Source: Spirochaetales bacterium (GTDB taxonomy: Bacteria; Spirochaetota; JAAYUW01). Taken from it: DNA of 64,000 nt. Both the position numbers and the translations under genes were made by a program. The stretch covers positions 45,569 to 109,568 of the forward strand of contig JAAZOT010000015.1 of NCBI GenBank assembly GCA_012797605.1, written 5' to 3'. The notes under the pieces are model-generated. The model ran no database searches and was not told the DNA's origin. It saw nothing but the letters and a program-made list of their open reading frames with translations. Shown here in pieces: positions 28,914-39,433 of this stretch (position 1 is its first letter; every line of letters begins with the position of its first letter).

Positions 28914-30071
28914 ATGAAAAAATCTTTCATAATTTTATTAATAATATTTTTATCATCAATTGTTTTAATATCTAATGGATGTCAAAGTACAAATAATGCT
29001 ATTAAAGAAAGTAAGCCAGAATTTTATGATAAGGCTATTAGCCAATTTCCAGAATATGATTCAAAAATCTTAAAAAAAAGTCCAGAAGAATATTTAACAA
29101 AAGAAGGTATCTTTTCATTAATATTAAACCAAGCAATTAACTATTACAATCAAGCTGTTTCAAATGAAGATATAGATTTATTAATTCAAGCAGGAGAAAT
29201 GTTTTATTATGTTTATGCTAATATTGGTTCTAATGTTGCTGAAATGTATCTCAATAAAATTAGAGAATATAAACAGAAAAAAATTGTTGAATATACTAAT
29301 ATTGCATTAAAATATGAAAAAAATAAAGATATTATTACTGCAGCAAGTTATTGGGGTAAGATATTAAAAATAGATCCAAATAATAAACAAGCAAAAGAGT
29401 TTTTTGCAAAAAATAATGAGACTATTAAAAAAGAAATACAAAAGTATCTTGAAAATGCCAAAAAGCTGCTTGAAAATCAAAGGTTCGATGAAGCTGAAAA
29501 ACTATATAAAACAGTACTTTTATTTGATCCTAAAAATGTAGAAGCCCAAAATGGCATTCAAAAGGTTAAAGAAGAAAAAGAAAAAGCTGCATTAAACTAT
29601 TTTAATAAAGGTAAAGAGGCTTTTGAAAAAAAAGATTATAATTCTGCACAAAAGTTTTTTAAGTTAGCTTTAGATTTAGGTTATGACAAGAAAGCAATAA
29701 AAAATTATCTTGATAAAATTGAAATTATATTAAATATAGAAAAATACTATCAATCCTGTCTTGATGCTTATAATAAAAAAGAATTTTTCGTTGCAGAAGA
29801 TTTTGCTAAAAAGGTAATTAACCTTGATCCAAATTATAAAGATATTAAAGATTTGTATGAAAAAATAAAAAAAGGTATAGAAGATACACTTCTTGCATGG
29901 TACAATCAAGCTGTTGAGCTATATAATCAAAAAGCATACGATAAAGCATTGGAGCTTTTTCAAAAAATAGCAAAGTATAATCCAAACTACAAGGATATTC
30001 AAAACTATATTCAAATGTGTAACGCTAAACTTCAAGCTTTAAGTGGTAGTAGTAGTAGTGGCAGCGGTTGA
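28914..30071 (+). CDS. TPR-repeat lipoprotein
   Basis: 385 aa. Signal peptide plus lipobox (LISNGCQS). Repeated A-x-x-Y/F-x-x-A-L TPR-like helices. C-terminal SGSSSSGSG tail encoded by an (AGT)n tract. Confidence 0.75.
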   Translation: MKKSFIILLIIFLSSIVLISNGCQSTNNAIKESKPEFYDKAISQFPEYDSKILKKSPEEYLTKEGIFSLILNQAINYYNQAVSNEDIDLLIQAGEMFYYVYANIGSNVAEMYLNKIREYKQKKIVEYTNIALKYEKNKDIITAASYWGKILKIDPNNKQAKEFFAKNNETIKKEIQKYLENAKKLLENQRFDEAEKLYKTVLLFDPKNVEAQNGIQKVKEEKEKAALNYFNKGKEAFEKKDYNSAQKFFKLALDLGYDKKAIKNYLDKIEIILNIEKYYQSCLDAYNKKEFFVAEDFAKKVINLDPNYKDIKDLYEKIKKGIEDTLLAWYNQAVELYNQKAYDKALELFQKIAKYNPNYKDIQNYIQMCNAKLQALSGSSSSGSG

Positions 30072-30872
30072 TTATTTAAGATAGGCTTTTACTTTTTCAT
30101 TAGATTTAAATTGATCAAAATCATTTTCAATAAAAAGTTTAGATAGTTCATAAACAATATTTCTTTCAAAATCTAGTTGTATGAAGTGATTTGATTTTTT
30201 AAGACTTATAAATACTTTGAAAGTGGATCTCAATTTTTTGAAAATTTTCAAACTTTCAGAATATGAACTTAAAATATCTTTTTTTGAATGAAAGATTAAA
30301 ATGGGAGAATCGACTTTTCCAATCAATTTTTTAGCTTTATTTATTAATATATATAAATCTAGAAATCTTTTTGCTGAAATAAAAGAAATATAATTCTTAT
30401 AATATTTTTTATAGTTCGTACTATTACAACCTGGATTTGTCGATTTAATTTTGTAACTTCTATTAAATAAATATCCTATTATGACATTTAAAAGGTTGGG
30501 GAAGAATTTTTTATTTGCTGAAAAAGCTGGAGATAAAAGTATTATTTTTATTTTTTTTTGGTAAAATAAATCAAGTTTGCTATATAAAATTAATGCCAAG
30601 TTTGCACCCATTGAAAAACCAATTAGTATGATATATTTATAACTTTTGATTTTATCAAATTGATCTTCGACTTCTTTTAACCAATCCTTCCAGTCTGCTT
30701 TATTGAAATTTTCATAGTCTTCACCATGACCAGGAAGATCAAAAGACAGAACATCGAATCCATCTTTAATAAAGTTATCTTCAAGAATTTTATTATTTAA
30801 GCTTGAGCCACAGAATCCATGTATTAATAAAATTATAAAATCACTTTTTTTTAATAAATTCATTTTTATCAA
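30072..30872 (-). CDS. alpha/beta hydrolase (esterase/lipase-like)
   Basis: 266 aa. ILLIHGF oxyanion region and GFSMGA nucleophile elbow (G-x-S-x-G). Its stop codon directly abuts the stop of the convergent TPR gene. Confidence 0.65.
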   Translation of the reverse strand: MIKMNLLKKSDFIILLIHGFCGSSLNNKILEDNFIKDGFDVLSFDLPGHGEDYENFNKADWKDWLKEVEDQFDKIKSYKYIILIGFSMGANLALILYSKLDLFYQKKIKIILLSPAFSANKKFFPNLLNVIIGYLFNRSYKIKSTNPGCNSTNYKKYYKNYISFISAKRFLDLYILINKAKKLIGKVDSPILIFHSKKDILSSYSESLKIFKKLRSTFKVFISLKKSNHFIQLDFERNIVYELSKLFIENDFDQFKSNEKVKAYLK

Positions 30873-30916
30873 AATAATTTAATTTAACGTAAGTTATTAA
30901 CTCTTAACTAATTATT

Positions 30917-32437
30917 TTATTTTATTTTATTTTTGCAAAAAATAAAAAAGATTTGATCTTTTGATAGTTCTGTTAAGAAAAGGATATCATCTTCAAGTTC
31001 TAATATATAGTTTTTTGAATGTTGAATTAAAGATATAGAATTTTGGTTTAAATCAAAAATCTTAAAGTTTTTCAAGTCAAATATCCCCTTTTTACAAAAG
31101 AGAAAAAATGTTGAGTCTTCAATTTTAACACTATTTTTTGAAAAAATAATAAATTGGTTGGGTTTTAATCTATTTTCTTCGATATTTTCAGAAATTTGAT
31201 TTTCTATATTTTCTTGCAAATTGGTTTTAGAAGCATTTTTTATACCTTTTCTTCTTTTTGCTTTTTTTAATTTATTTCCGATATATTCAGCTACTATTGA
31301 ATAGGGTTGTATTAATTTGCTTTCATATAAAGGCATCATATAATCTGGATGCTCTTGACTAAAATAGAAACCAGTTGTGTATGGTCTATGTGATGCCAAA
31401 TCTGTATAAATATTTATATCATCGACAAAATTCTTCCATTGGTTGAAATCATATAAGAAGGAAGAGGGATTTTGAAGATATTTAATTAGATCTTTTTCTT
31501 TAATTTCAAAATCACTGAAAATTTCGTATGCTTTATCTATGGCATTTCTATATGCAAAAGTTATCGATGAGGTATAAAAAGAGGATTTCATTCTTCCTTC
31601 AATTTTGAATGCATCGATAGAACAAAAGATAAAAAGTGGGATATAATAAAGAAGACAAAGATCTTTTGAAGATAGAATATATGAGTATCTACCATCCTCT
31701 TCAATTGGAAAATACTCATTTTCTCGAGACTGTTCAACAAGATAAGCGAATCTACAAGGATGAACACATTCTCCTCTATTTGCATCTCTTTGATATTCAC
31801 TGCCTTTTTTTGAAAATTTCTTATTTGTCATATATAAAGATAAAAGACATCTTCCAGATAAAGAGACACACATGGCACCATGTATAAATGTTTCCAATTC
31901 AAAATTTAATTTTTCTTCTTTCGCTTGCTTTTTTGCTAGATAAACTTCCAATAATGTCAATTCTCTTGCTGCAACAATTCGTTTTACCCCTTGCTGAGTC
32001 CAGAATTTCATTGAATAAAAATTAGTCGTGTTTGATTGGGTAGATAATGTAAGTGTTGGTAGAAATTCTATTTTTGAGGAATTTGGCATATTTTCAATTA
32101 GTTCTTTATAAACAAGTAATACTGCAGGGTCAGAAAATATTATTGAATCTGGTTTTAAAAAAATAACCTTTTCAATATATTCTTTAACTTCTTGTATTTC
32201 ATCATTTTTTAAGTAAGCATTTAATGTAATATCTACCTTTTTTCCATCTTTATGAGCAATATCAATAAATTCTTTTAGTTCTTCGAGATCAACTTTCGCA
32301 TTTTTTCTAAGACCAAATTTATCCAAGCCAATGTAAACGCCATCTGCACCAAAGAAGAAAGCGCTTAATCCTTTATTGATATCACCAGCGGGTGAATAAA
32401 GAATTGGTTTAAATATTTTATTCATAAGTTTAACCAA
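30917..32437 (-). CDS. peptidase U32 family protein
   Basis: 506 aa. N-terminal GADGVYIG pattern and a conserved E-x-F-x-H-G-A-x-C region (ETFIHGAMCVSLSGRC) typical of U32 collagenase-like peptidases. Confidence 0.7.
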   Translation of the reverse strand: MVKLMNKIFKPILYSPAGDINKGLSAFFFGADGVYIGLDKFGLRKNAKVDLEELKEFIDIAHKDGKKVDITLNAYLKNDEIQEVKEYIEKVIFLKPDSIIFSDPAVLLVYKELIENMPNSSKIEFLPTLTLSTQSNTTNFYSMKFWTQQGVKRIVAARELTLLEVYLAKKQAKEEKLNFELETFIHGAMCVSLSGRCLLSLYMTNKKFSKKGSEYQRDANRGECVHPCRFAYLVEQSRENEYFPIEEDGRYSYILSSKDLCLLYYIPLFIFCSIDAFKIEGRMKSSFYTSSITFAYRNAIDKAYEIFSDFEIKEKDLIKYLQNPSSFLYDFNQWKNFVDDINIYTDLASHRPYTTGFYFSQEHPDYMMPLYESKLIQPYSIVAEYIGNKLKKAKRRKGIKNASKTNLQENIENQISENIEENRLKPNQFIIFSKNSVKIEDSTFFLFCKKGIFDLKNFKIFDLNQNSISLIQHSKNYILELEDDILFLTELSKDQIFFIFCKNKIK

Positions 32438-32628
32438 CCTAAAATAAATCTTTATTAATTACAAATTAATTTATCATGTAAAAATTAAAAATAGGTAGAA
32501 CATACACAAAATAAATATGCCAATATAAGTTTTTTTTGCAAAAATAATTTGAAAAAATTTTCTTTTGACTTTTAATTTATGGTAAATGAAGATAAGAAAA
32601 AAATTACTAAAGGGAGAGATGTCAATCT

Positions 32629-33156
32629 ATGCAGAAAAATACAAAATGGTACGATTTAAAAAAAGCAACAGATGGTTATAGGATCTTTTTTTCTTTTTCA
32701 ATAAGGATTCAAGCTATTTTTTTACTTATATTTTCTTTAATTATGATTTATTTTGAGATTTTTGAAAATGACAGAAAACTTAATATTATTGGGTCAATTA
32801 TTTTCGGATTAATTTTCTTATTAGCTTTTATCTATTCATTTTTAGTTGATAGTTTTTTACTAGAATTAACAAAATCACAAATTATAAGAAAAAAAGGGAT
32901 TTTCCCTTTTGTAATAAGCAAAAAAATAGATTTCAAGGAGATCAATTCTATTTCTTCTGATATCATACAGAAGGCTAATAAAAGATACAGCTCTATAGAA
33001 AAAGAAAATATCCCTTCTGGTTATTATTCAGGTAAAACAAAGGAATATTCTATTTCAATAGGATTAAATAATGGGAAAATTTATAGAATATCTTTTGGAA
33101 AAGGAAATGAAGAACTTTTTAATAAGTTTTTAGAAGAATTAAAAAAATTTTTATAA
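32629..33156 (+). CDS. hypothetical membrane protein (175 aa)
   Basis: Two predicted TM helices then a hydrophilic C-terminal domain. No recognisable motif. Confidence 0.5.
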   Translation: MQKNTKWYDLKKATDGYRIFFSFSIRIQAIFLLIFSLIMIYFEIFENDRKLNIIGSIIFGLIFLLAFIYSFLVDSFLLELTKSQIIRKKGIFPFVISKKIDFKEINSISSDIIQKANKRYSSIEKENIPSGYYSGKTKEYSISIGLNNGKIYRISFGKGNEELFNKFLEELKKFL

Positions 33157-33224
33157 GATATTGACAAAGATAAATTTTTATACCATATATTATTTAGATT
33201 TCTTAAATAAGGAGGAAATCTTTC

Positions 33225-34817
33225 ATGAAAAAAAAGCTTATTATTCTCTTTGTTGTTGCTATTCTCTTCGTTATCGCTGGTACATTCTTGATTGGTCAAA
33301 GTAAAGAGATGGTATTTAGAATGAACAATGGAACTGAACCTCAAACATTAGATCCAGCTATTATGACTGGTGTTCCAGAGTTCAGAATTGCTATGCAGAT
33401 CTTTGAAGGTCTTACTGCTTATCATCCAGAGACTTTGCAACCACTTCCTGGTGTTGCTCAAAGCTGGACTGTTTCAAAAGATGGACTTGTTTATACTTTT
33501 AAGCTTAGAACCAACGCTAAATGGTCAGATAATACTCCAATTGATGCCGAAACATTTAAATATTCATGGTTAAGAGCATTAGCACCAGAAACAGCTGCGG
33601 AATATGCATATCAACTTTGGTATATTAAAGGAGCAGAAAAATACACTAATGGAGAAGGTAAAGCTGAAGATGTTGGTATTAAGGTTGTTGACAAATATAC
33701 TTTACAAGTAACCTTAGAAGCTCCAACTCCTTTCTTTATTTCACTTATGTCTTTCCAGACATATATGCCAGTTCCTAAACATGTTATAGATAAGGTTGGA
33801 AGTGATAAATGGTACTTAAAAGACAATATTGTATGTAATGGTCCTTTTAAACTTGTAGAATGGTATCCAAATGACCATATTACCTTAGTTAAAAATGATA
33901 GATACTGGGATGCTGCAAAAGTCAAACTTTCAAAAGTTGTAATTTATGCTAATGAAGACAATAGTACATCATTGGCTCAATTTGCTGCTGGCGAACTAGA
34001 ATTCCAAGAGGGAGTTCCTACTGAACAGATGGATACATGGAAAGTAAAACCAGAATTTCATGCTGATCCATACCTTGGAACATATTATTATATGATCAAT
34101 GTTGATCCTGCAAAACAGACAAATAAAGCTTTACTTGATGTAAGAGTTAGAAAAGCATTAACAATGTCTATCAATAGAAAGTATCTTGTTGAAAACATCT
34201 TAAAAGCAGGACAAATCCCAGCTTATTCTTTTGTTCCTCCAAATATGCCTGGTTATAAGGGATATATAGGATTTAAAGAAAATGTGGAAGAGGCTAAGAA
34301 ACTATTAGCTGATGCTGGATATCCAGGTGGAAAAGGTCTTGGTTCAATTACTATCTTCTACAATACATCAGCTGGTCATAAGAAAATAGCAGAAGCAATT
34401 CAGCAGATGTGGAAACAGTATTTAGGAATAGATGCTCTTCTTGAAAACCAAGAATGGAAAGTATATCTTGACAGAAGACAACAGCATGATTATCAAGTTG
34501 CAAGAGCAGGTTGGATTGGTGACTATGTAGATCCAAATACTTTCCTTGACATGTGGATAACTGATGGTGGAAATAATGATACTGGTTGGAGCAATAAAAC
34601 TTACGATGATTTAATTAACAAAGCAAAATATGAACAGGATCCAAAAAAGAGAATGGCTATTTTCTATGAAGCTGAAAAGATCCTTATGACAGAGTTACCT
34701 ATTATTCCTATCTATTTCTATGTTAATGTCTATACATTGCAGCTTTATGTAAAAGGTTTCTATGGAAATATTCTTGGAATGCATCCATTAAAAGAAGTAT
34801 ATCTTCTTAAAAAATAA
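33225..34817 (+). CDS. oppA: oligopeptide ABC transporter substrate-binding protein (family 5 SBP)
   Basis: 530 aa. RBS AAGGAGG. Signal/TM anchor. SBP_bac_5 pattern (FRMNNGTEPQTLDPA, AESWTVSKDG..YTFKLR). Followed by the permease and ATPase genes. Confidence 0.9.
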   Translation: MKKKLIILFVVAILFVIAGTFLIGQSKEMVFRMNNGTEPQTLDPAIMTGVPEFRIAMQIFEGLTAYHPETLQPLPGVAQSWTVSKDGLVYTFKLRTNAKWSDNTPIDAETFKYSWLRALAPETAAEYAYQLWYIKGAEKYTNGEGKAEDVGIKVVDKYTLQVTLEAPTPFFISLMSFQTYMPVPKHVIDKVGSDKWYLKDNIVCNGPFKLVEWYPNDHITLVKNDRYWDAAKVKLSKVVIYANEDNSTSLAQFAAGELEFQEGVPTEQMDTWKVKPEFHADPYLGTYYYMINVDPAKQTNKALLDVRVRKALTMSINRKYLVENILKAGQIPAYSFVPPNMPGYKGYIGFKENVEEAKKLLADAGYPGGKGLGSITIFYNTSAGHKKIAEAIQQMWKQYLGIDALLENQEWKVYLDRRQQHDYQVARAGWIGDYVDPNTFLDMWITDGGNNDTGWSNKTYDDLINKAKYEQDPKKRMAIFYEAEKILMTELPIIPIYFYVNVYTLQLYVKGFYGNILGMHPLKEVYLLKK

Positions 34818-34850
34818 TTTATAGGTATTAGATCCTTAAAACCAAAAAAA

Positions 34851-34887
34851 GGGACTATCTCAATTTCTTAGAGGTAGTCCCTTTTTT
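34851..34887 (+). terminator. intrinsic terminator-like hairpin between oppA and oppB
   Basis: GGGACTATCTC - 9-nt loop - GAGGTAGTCCC (one G-U pair) followed by TTTTTT. Confidence 0.55.
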
Positions 34888-35016
34888 ATAATCAATATAA
34901 TTATTATTTCATAATAAATTAAAAATATAATATTGTCATTTTTCAGTTTATTCTTGAAATTAATTTTAATTAATATAAAATTTTATTGTCGAAACCAAAG
35001 ATAAGGGGTTAGACTC

Positions 35017-35964
35017 ATGCTAAAATTCATAGTTAGAAGATTTTTCTCTTCAATTATAACTATATTTGTAATTATTACTGTGGCTTATTTTCTTATTCGA
35101 GCAGTCCCTGGAGATCCTTTTTCTTCAGAAAAGAATATGCCAAAAGAGATTAGAGAAAATTTAAACAGAAAATTTCATCTTGATCAACCTCTTTATAAGC
35201 AATATTTTATGTACTTAAACAATCTTGTATTTCATTTTGATTTTGGTCCTTCTTTCAGATCCAGAGGATTTTCGGTAAATGACCTGATAAAGCAATATTT
35301 TCCTGTTTCTCTATTGATTGGTTCTTTAGCAATGATTATTGCAGTTATCTTAGGTGTTTCATTTGGCATGATATCAGCATTGAATCAAAATAAATTTGGT
35401 GATTATTTTTTTATGTCTTATGCAATATTGGGGATTTCTGTTCCAATGTTCGTAATTGTTCCAATTTTCCTTTTAATATTTTCTATTGGATTAAAAATAT
35501 TACCTGTAGGAGGTTGGAAAAGAGCCTCTGATGTTGGTATAATCGGAATGATTCCCTATCTAATTATACCAATTTTTTCACTCTCTTTACCTTATACCGC
35601 ATATATTACAAGGATGACAAAAGCTGGTATGATGGATATAATAAGAAAAGATTTTGTAACAACAGCAAGAGCTAAGGGTCTTAAAAACTCAACTATCCTT
35701 TTTAGACATATAATGAAAGGTTCGATTATACCAGTTGTTTCCTATGTTGGTCCAGCATTTGCTGGTATTGTAACTGGATCTGTTGTTGTCGAGCAGATAC
35801 TAGGTATCCCAGGGATGGGAAGAGTTTTTGTCCAAGCAGCATTCAATAGAGATTATAGTTTAGTTATGGGTGATGTTATTACATATTCTCTTTTAATAAT
35901 TGTTATGAATTTTGTTGTAGATATACTATATGGATTCTTAGATCCTAGAGTAAAATATAGTTAA
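35017..35964 (+). CDS. oppB: oligopeptide ABC transporter permease
   Basis: 315 aa. BPD_transp_1 permease with the EAA-like loop (ITRMTKAGMMDIIRKDFVTTARAKGL). Confidence 0.9.
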   Translation: MLKFIVRRFFSSIITIFVIITVAYFLIRAVPGDPFSSEKNMPKEIRENLNRKFHLDQPLYKQYFMYLNNLVFHFDFGPSFRSRGFSVNDLIKQYFPVSLLIGSLAMIIAVILGVSFGMISALNQNKFGDYFFMSYAILGISVPMFVIVPIFLLIFSIGLKILPVGGWKRASDVGIIGMIPYLIIPIFSLSLPYTAYITRMTKAGMMDIIRKDFVTTARAKGLKNSTILFRHIMKGSIIPVVSYVGPAFAGIVTGSVVVEQILGIPGMGRVFVQAAFNRDYSLVMGDVITYSLLIIVMNFVVDILYGFLDPRVKYS

Positions 35965-36004
35965 ACTAAATTAAATTAAAATCCTTAGACAAGGAGAATC
36001 TTTT

Positions 36005-36913
36005 ATGTCAAAAAAAATGACCAGAACAATGATCGATACAGAAGAGATTAAAGGTGTATCTTTATGGGCCGATGCATTTAGAAGGCTTCTTAAAAACAAA
36101 CTAGCTGTTTTTGGTGCTATTATTATTATATTTTTTACATTAGTCGCTATTTTTGCAGATTTAATTGCTCCTTATCCTTATGATTATATAAATTTTGAAA
36201 GTAATGAGCAATTTGCAAAACCATCTTCCAAATATCCCTTTGGAACAGATGAGCAGGGAAGAGACATGTTTTCAAGAGTAATATATGGCAGTAGGATTTC
36301 ATTATCAGTAGGCATAGTTACTGCTCTTGTTGCTCTTATTATTGGTGTAACATATGGGGCTATTTCTGGTTTTGCTCCATCTAAAGTCGATGAACTTATG
36401 ATGAGAATTGTAGATATCTTATATGGTATACCTTACATGTTTTTTGTAATACTTTTAATGGTAGCCTTTGGTAGGAAAGACTATATGCTTTTTATAGGTA
36501 TTGGAGCAGTATCCTGGATGACAATTGCTAGAATTACAAGAGGACAAATATTAACTCTTAGAAATAATGAATATATAGAAGCGGCAAAATCTATTGGTGT
36601 CTCCAAGGGAAGATTGATATTTAGACATTTAATTCCAAATGCAATTGGTCCTATAATTGTATACTTAACTTTAACCATTCCAAGTATTATGCTTCAAGAA
36701 GCCTTTCTTTCCTTTTTAGGGTTAGGTATTCAACCTCCTAAGGCATCTTGGGGTTCTTTGGCTACCTTTGGAGGAACATTAGGCGCTATTCAGAACTATC
36801 CACATCTTATTATTTTCCCAGGGCTTGCATTAGCATTAACTTTGTTTGGAATGAATGCTTTTGGAGAAGGATTACGAGATGCTTTAGATCCTTCATTAAA
36901 AAATAGAATATAA
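36005..36913 (+). CDS. oppC: oligopeptide ABC transporter permease
   Basis: 302 aa. N-terminal OppC-type region, TM helices, and the conserved EAAKSIGVS loop. Confidence 0.9.
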   Translation: MSKKMTRTMIDTEEIKGVSLWADAFRRLLKNKLAVFGAIIIIFFTLVAIFADLIAPYPYDYINFESNEQFAKPSSKYPFGTDEQGRDMFSRVIYGSRISLSVGIVTALVALIIGVTYGAISGFAPSKVDELMMRIVDILYGIPYMFFVILLMVAFGRKDYMLFIGIGAVSWMTIARITRGQILTLRNNEYIEAAKSIGVSKGRLIFRHLIPNAIGPIIVYLTLTIPSIMLQEAFLSFLGLGIQPPKASWGSLATFGGTLGAIQNYPHLIIFPGLALALTLFGMNAFGEGLRDALDPSLKNRI

Positions 36914-36927
36914 TTCGAGGATAACAT

Positions 36928-37902
36928 ATGAAAAAAGAGATACTGCTTGAAGTTAAAGATTTGAAAACTGTTTTTAAGACAGATGAAGGTATTGTTCAAG
37001 CTGTAAATGGTGTATCTTTTTATGTAAATAAAAGAGAAACACTTGGAATAGTCGGTGAATCAGGTTGCGGAAAATCAGTTACAAACCTGTCTTTAATGGG
37101 TTTAATTCCTTCCCCTCCAGGAAAAATATTGAACGGTGAAGCTATATTTGAAGGAACAGATCTATTAAAACTTAAAGATTCTGAGAAAAGGAAGATTCGT
37201 GGTAAGAAGATTTCAATGATATTTCAGGATCCTATGACTTCCTTGAATCCATATCTTAGAATTTCTACCCAGATGATTGAAGTTCTTATGGAGCATGATA
37301 ATATCACTAAAAATCAAGCAATTGAAAAATCTATTGAAATGCTTAGACTTGTAGGAATACCAAATCCAGAAAAAAGAATATATTCATATCCTCATGAGTT
37401 TTCTGGTGGTATGAGGCAAAGAGTCATGATAGCTATGGCTCTTTCAACAAATCCTCAACTTTTAATAGCTGATGAACCAACTACCGCATTAGATGTTACA
37501 ATTCAAGCTCAAATTTTAGATTTACTTCACGAACTTCAAGAAAAAATTCATATGTCGATTATTCTTATAACTCATAATCTTGGTGTCGTTGCTAGAATGA
37601 CTGAAAGAATAATAGTTATGTATGCAGGTTATATAGTAGAAGAAAACACTACAGAAAATATCTTTAAGAATCCTTCACATCCATATACTAGGGGCCTTTT
37701 AAAGTCTGTTCCAAGAATAGACGAAGAAGAAAAGGATAAACTATATTCTATTCCTGGAACCCCTCCAAATCTTGTAAATTTACCGAAGGCATGTCCATTT
37801 TACCCTAGGTGCGAAAGAAAGCTTGAAATATGTACTAAAGAAGTTCCTCCTCTTAAACAGATTGATGAGAATCATAGATTGGCTTGTTTTAATCCTTTTT
37901 AA
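36928..37902 (+). CDS. oppD: oligopeptide ABC transporter ATP-binding protein
   Basis: 324 aa. Walker A GESGCGKS, signature FSGGMRQR, Walker B LLIADEPTTALD, and a C-terminal oligopeptide/dipeptide domain with a Cys pair. Confidence 0.9.
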   Translation: MKKEILLEVKDLKTVFKTDEGIVQAVNGVSFYVNKRETLGIVGESGCGKSVTNLSLMGLIPSPPGKILNGEAIFEGTDLLKLKDSEKRKIRGKKISMIFQDPMTSLNPYLRISTQMIEVLMEHDNITKNQAIEKSIEMLRLVGIPNPEKRIYSYPHEFSGGMRQRVMIAMALSTNPQLLIADEPTTALDVTIQAQILDLLHELQEKIHMSIILITHNLGVVARMTERIIVMYAGYIVEENTTENIFKNPSHPYTRGLLKSVPRIDEEEKDKLYSIPGTPPNLVNLPKACPFYPRCERKLEICTKEVPPLKQIDENHRLACFNPF

Positions 37903-37927
37903 AAAAAATTAGACCAAATAGAGGTAT

Positions 37928-38935
37928 ATGAGAATGGATACAAAAGAAAAACTTATTGAAGTTAACAAATTAAAAAAATACTTTGTAGTTGGTCATCGTG
38001 GTTTATTGAATCATATTCCAATTCACTTAAAAGCAGTTGATGAAATTTCATTTGATATATATAAAGGTGAGACTTTAGGGCTCGTTGGCGAATCTGGATG
38101 TGGTAAATCTACTGTTGCAAGAACTATGATAAGACTTCATGAGCCAACTGCTGGGAAAGTCATGTTTGAAGGAAAGGATATAGTTAGGATGAATCTTAAA
38201 ACTTTGAATTCCTATAGAAGGAATTTTCAGATGATATTTCAGGATCCTTATGCTTCATTGAATCCAAGGATGACTATTGGTGATATAATAGCAGAACCTA
38301 TGATAGTGTTTAAATCTAGAGGGCAACTTGAACTTTCAAAAAAAGAGATAAAAGATAGGGTGAAAGAGTTACTTACGATTGTTGGGCTTAGAGCAAGCTT
38401 TATCAATAGATATCCACATGAATTTTCTGGTGGTCAAAGGCAAAGGATAGGTATAGCAAGAGCTTTAGCATTAAATCCAAAACTAATACTCTGTGATGAA
38501 CCAGTTTCTGCTTTGGATGTTTCTATTCAATCTCAAATAGTAAATCTTCTTCAAGAATTACAGGAAAAGTTTAATTTGACATATCTATTCATTGCTCATG
38601 ATTTATCTGTTGTCAAACATATTTCAGATAGAGTAGCTGTTATGTATCTTGGAAAAATTGTTGAGATAGCAGGATATAAGGAGATTTACGATAATCCTAT
38701 GCATCCTTATACAAAAGCATTACTTTCTGCCATTCCAATTCCAGATCCAGTAAAAGAAAGAACTAGAAAGAGAATAATTTTGATGGGGGATGTAAAATAT
38801 CCAGCAGATACTTTTAAAGGCTGTAAATTTTATGATAGATGTTTTGAACATATGGATATCTGTAAGGAAAAATCTCCAGAACTTATTGATATGGGAAATA
38901 ATCATCAAGTTTCCTGCTTTTTGTACAATAAATAA
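37928..38935 (+). CDS. oppF: oligopeptide ABC transporter ATP-binding protein
   Basis: 335 aa. Walker A GESGCGKST, signature FSGGQRQR, Walker B LILCDEPVSALD. The second ATG at 37934 has better RBS spacing. Confidence 0.9.
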   Translation: MRMDTKEKLIEVNKLKKYFVVGHRGLLNHIPIHLKAVDEISFDIYKGETLGLVGESGCGKSTVARTMIRLHEPTAGKVMFEGKDIVRMNLKTLNSYRRNFQMIFQDPYASLNPRMTIGDIIAEPMIVFKSRGQLELSKKEIKDRVKELLTIVGLRASFINRYPHEFSGGQRQRIGIARALALNPKLILCDEPVSALDVSIQSQIVNLLQELQEKFNLTYLFIAHDLSVVKHISDRVAVMYLGKIVEIAGYKEIYDNPMHPYTKALLSAIPIPDPVKERTRKRIILMGDVKYPADTFKGCKFYDRCFEHMDICKEKSPELIDMGNNHQVSCFLYNK

Positions 38936-38953
38936 TATTTAAAAAGTTTAAAA

Positions 38954-39409
38954 ATGAATAGACCTACTTGGGATGAATATTTTTTAGAAATAGCAAAAAC
39001 TATTTCTAGCCGCTCAACATGCTTTAGAAACAAAGTCGGAGCTGTAATAGTCAAAGATAAAGAAATAATATCAACAGGTTATAATGGAGCGCCTTCTTAT
39101 CAGAAAAATTGCTTGGAGATAGGTTTTTGTTTCAGAAATAAAAACAATATTAAATCTGGAACCTCACTAGAATTATGTAGAGCAGTTGGTTCTCATGCTG
39201 AAAGTAATGCTGTGGTTTTAGCAGCAAAACATGGGCATAGTACAAATGGAGCTACTTTGTATATAGTAGGACATAATTTTATCTGTAATCAATGTAAGGC
39301 TATTATAGCTAATTCGGGGATTAAAAGGGTTATACTAAAGAATCCTCAAGGAAATATTATTGAATATTATCCAGAAAAAGATTGGATTATTCATCCCATA
39401 GATAATTGA
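38954..39409 (+). CDS. deoxycytidylate (dCMP) deaminase, ComEB/Dcd family
   Basis: 151 aa. CMP/dCMP deaminase zinc motifs HAESNA and PCNQCK. Starts 19 nt after the oppF stop. Confidence 0.8.
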   Translation: MNRPTWDEYFLEIAKTISSRSTCFRNKVGAVIVKDKEIISTGYNGAPSYQKNCLEIGFCFRNKNNIKSGTSLELCRAVGSHAESNAVVLAAKHGHSTNGATLYIVGHNFICNQCKAIIANSGIKRVILKNPQGNIIEYYPEKDWIIHPIDN

Positions 39410-39433
39410 AAAAGCATTTAAACAAAACTAAAG

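Noticed and set aside
30040-30071. (AGT)n trinucleotide tract
   Set aside because: It is in frame and encodes the SGSSSSGSG tail of the TPR lipoprotein. It is too short to call a VNTR. It is not a CRISPR or mobile-element repeat.
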